From contig NC_000962.3 in assembly GCF_000195955.2 (NCBI RefSeq), forward strand, positions 3,270,001 through 3,302,000: a stretch of 32,000 nucleotides of DNA, read 5' to 3'. The translations under genes were made by a program, and so were the position numbers. The notes under the pieces were generated by a model. The model worked only from the letters and a program-made list of their open reading frames with translations. It ran no database searches and had not been told where the DNA came from. Source of the DNA: Mycobacterium tuberculosis H37Rv. GTDB lineage: Bacteria; Actinomycetota; Actinomycetes; Mycobacteriales; Mycobacteriaceae. Positions 30,596 through 32,000 of this stretch are shown here, piece by piece (the stretch's first letter is position 1; every line of letters begins with the position of its first letter).

Positions 30596-32000
30596 TTATG
30601 CCATAGCATCTAGGCGGCTGAATTCGTGATGTAGGTAACGCTCAACGCTGGCCGAACGCCGAACCTTACCGCTGGTGGTGACCGGAATAGAACCCGGCGC
30701 CACCATAACGACATCCGCGACGCGCAGACGATGTGACCTGGATATCGCGGAGGCGACTTCACGTTTGACGGTGCGGAGTCGATTCTTTTCCTCCTCATCT
30801 GTGCGACCCCGCTTCATGAGTTCGATAATGGTTACCAGCTTTTCAGTACGGTCATCGGGCACCGCAATCGCCACAACCCGGCCGCCGGTGATTTCCTGGA
30901 TCGTCGCCTCGATGTCTTCCGGATAGTGGTTGGCCCCATCCACCACCAACAGCTCCTTGATGCGACCCGTGATGAACAGTTCGCCCTCGAAAATGACGCC
31001 GAGGTCTCCGGTCCGCAGCCACGGACCTTCCGAAGTCCCGGGCGAGGGAGTGACGAGCCGCGCGCGGAACGTCGCCTCCGTCTGCTGCGGGTTGCGCCAG
31101 TAGCCCAAGCCGACGTTGTCTCCCTGCACCCAGATTTCGCCAACCGTCCCCGCGGGATTCTCCATCCTGGTTTCGGGGTCGACGATCCGCACGGTTGACG
31201 CCCGGGGAGCTCCATAACTCACCAGGTTGGCTCCCTCGCTGCCGTTCTCGGCACGCTTCGCCTGACCGACCGACAGCTGCTGGTAGTCAAAGCAAACACT
31301 CTTCGGCGCGCGTCCCGGTCCGGCGGTCGCCACGTACACCGTCGCCTCCGCGAGCCCATATGACGGCCGGATTGCCGTCTCGCTGAGGTTGAACGGGGCG
31401 AACCGCTCGGTGAAGCGCCGCAGCGTCGCGACGTTTACTCGTTCGGCGCCGGTGACGATCGTCCGCACATGCCCGAGGTCAAGTCCAGCCATATCGTCGT
31501 CGGATGTTCTGCGTACCGCCAATTCGAAACCGAAATTCGGTGCGCTGGAAATCTGTGCGCGGTGTTTGGCTAATAATTGCATCCAACGGGCCGGCCGCTG
31601 CAAGAATGCCATGGGACTCATCAACACCGCGGTGTCTTGATTGATCATCGGGAGAATGATGCCCAGCATCAACCCCATGTCGTGATAGAACGGCAGCCAC
31701 GATACGGGAGTTGACGGAACCTTTTCCGAATCCCCGATGTAATCGGACATTAGCTGTACGCAGTTGGTGATGACATTCTTGTGCGAGAGGACAACACCGG
31801 CCGGCGCGCGGGTCGAACCGGATGTGTACTGTAGATATGCTGTGCTCGGACGCTCGAACCGAGTCGGATCGAGCGCTCTGGATGAGCTCAAGTCCAGAGC
31901 GTCCACAGCCACGACGATGGGCGCGGACTGGCCCTGTGCGGCGCACGCATGTGGCGCATATGTCGTGACCTCGTCAATAACCGACGAGGTCGTAAGAATA
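30596..32000 (-). CDS. fadD29: Fatty-acyl-AMP ligase FadD29, C-terminal part (5' truncated by window edge)
   Basis: '[24 protein letters not shown]' and strong similarity to FadD28. The reading frame stays open past the supplied start (31912) to the window end ('[30 protein letters not shown]...'). Confidence 0.92.
   Translation of the reverse strand, partial: ILTTSSVIDEVTTYAPHACAAQGQSAPIVVAVDALDLSSSRALDPTRFERPSTAYLQYTSGSTRAPAGVVLSHKNVITNCVQLMSDYIGDSEKVPSTPVSWLPFYHDMGLMLGIILPMINQDTAVLMSPMAFLQRPARWMQLLAKHRAQISSAPNFGFELAVRRTSDDDMAGLDLGHVRTIVTGAERVNVATLRRFTERFAPFNLSETAIRPSYGLAEATVYVATAGPGRAPKSVCFDYQQLSVGQAKRAENGSEGANLVSYGAPRASTVRIVDPETRMENPAGTVGEIWVQGDNVGLGYWRNPQQTEATFRARLVTPSPGTSEGPWLRTGDLGVIFEGELFITGRIKELLVVDGANHYPEDIEATIQEITGGRVVAIAVPDDRTEKLVTIIELMKRGRTDEEEKNRLRTVKREVASAISRSHRLRVADVVMVAPGSIPVTTSGKVRRSASVERYLHHEFSRLDAMA

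Noticed and set aside
1-32000. Search for a new defence, toxin-antitoxin, phage or otherwise undescribed multi-gene system
   Set aside because: Every sizeable coding interval is accounted for by PDIM/PGL biosynthesis and export genes or the IS21 element. I saw no unexplained conserved-looking gene, tRNA, rRNA or retron/DGR-like architecture.

Overview
The window is a mycobacterial lipid-virulence locus: the phthiocerol dimycocerosate (PDIM) / phenolic glycolipid (PGL) cluster. Gene content and order match the Mycobacterium tuberculosis complex (recognised from memory, no database search). From left to right: 3' part of ppsE, drrA, drrB, drrC, papA5 (all +), mas (-), fadD28 and mmpL7 (+), an IS21-family element (IS1533-like) with istA and a frameshifted istB, then lppX, pks1, pks15, fadD22, a chorismate pyruvate-lyase (Rv2949c-like) and the 3' part of fadD29 (all -). 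All large coding blocks are explained by known families, and I found no convincing new multi-gene system. The points most worth a second look are: (1) pks15/pks1 is split by a frameshift between its KS and AT domains, while the head-group genes around it are intact; (2) a perfect 16-bp palindrome and three abutting inverted repeats lie in the mas-fadD28 divergent intergenic region; (3) the IS21 element has exact boundaries, a 5-bp target duplication and four 20-bp terminal units in a symmetric 25-bp phase; (4) the istB frameshift falls on a CCCC run inside the Walker A motif, where a +1 slip would restore GPPGTGKT exactly; (5) the C-terminal condensation-like domain of PpsE has HAxxxDD in place of HHxxxDG; (6) a 57-bp tandem repeat lies between the pks1 stop and the lppX start; (7) GC content drops locally over the chorismate-lyase gene.
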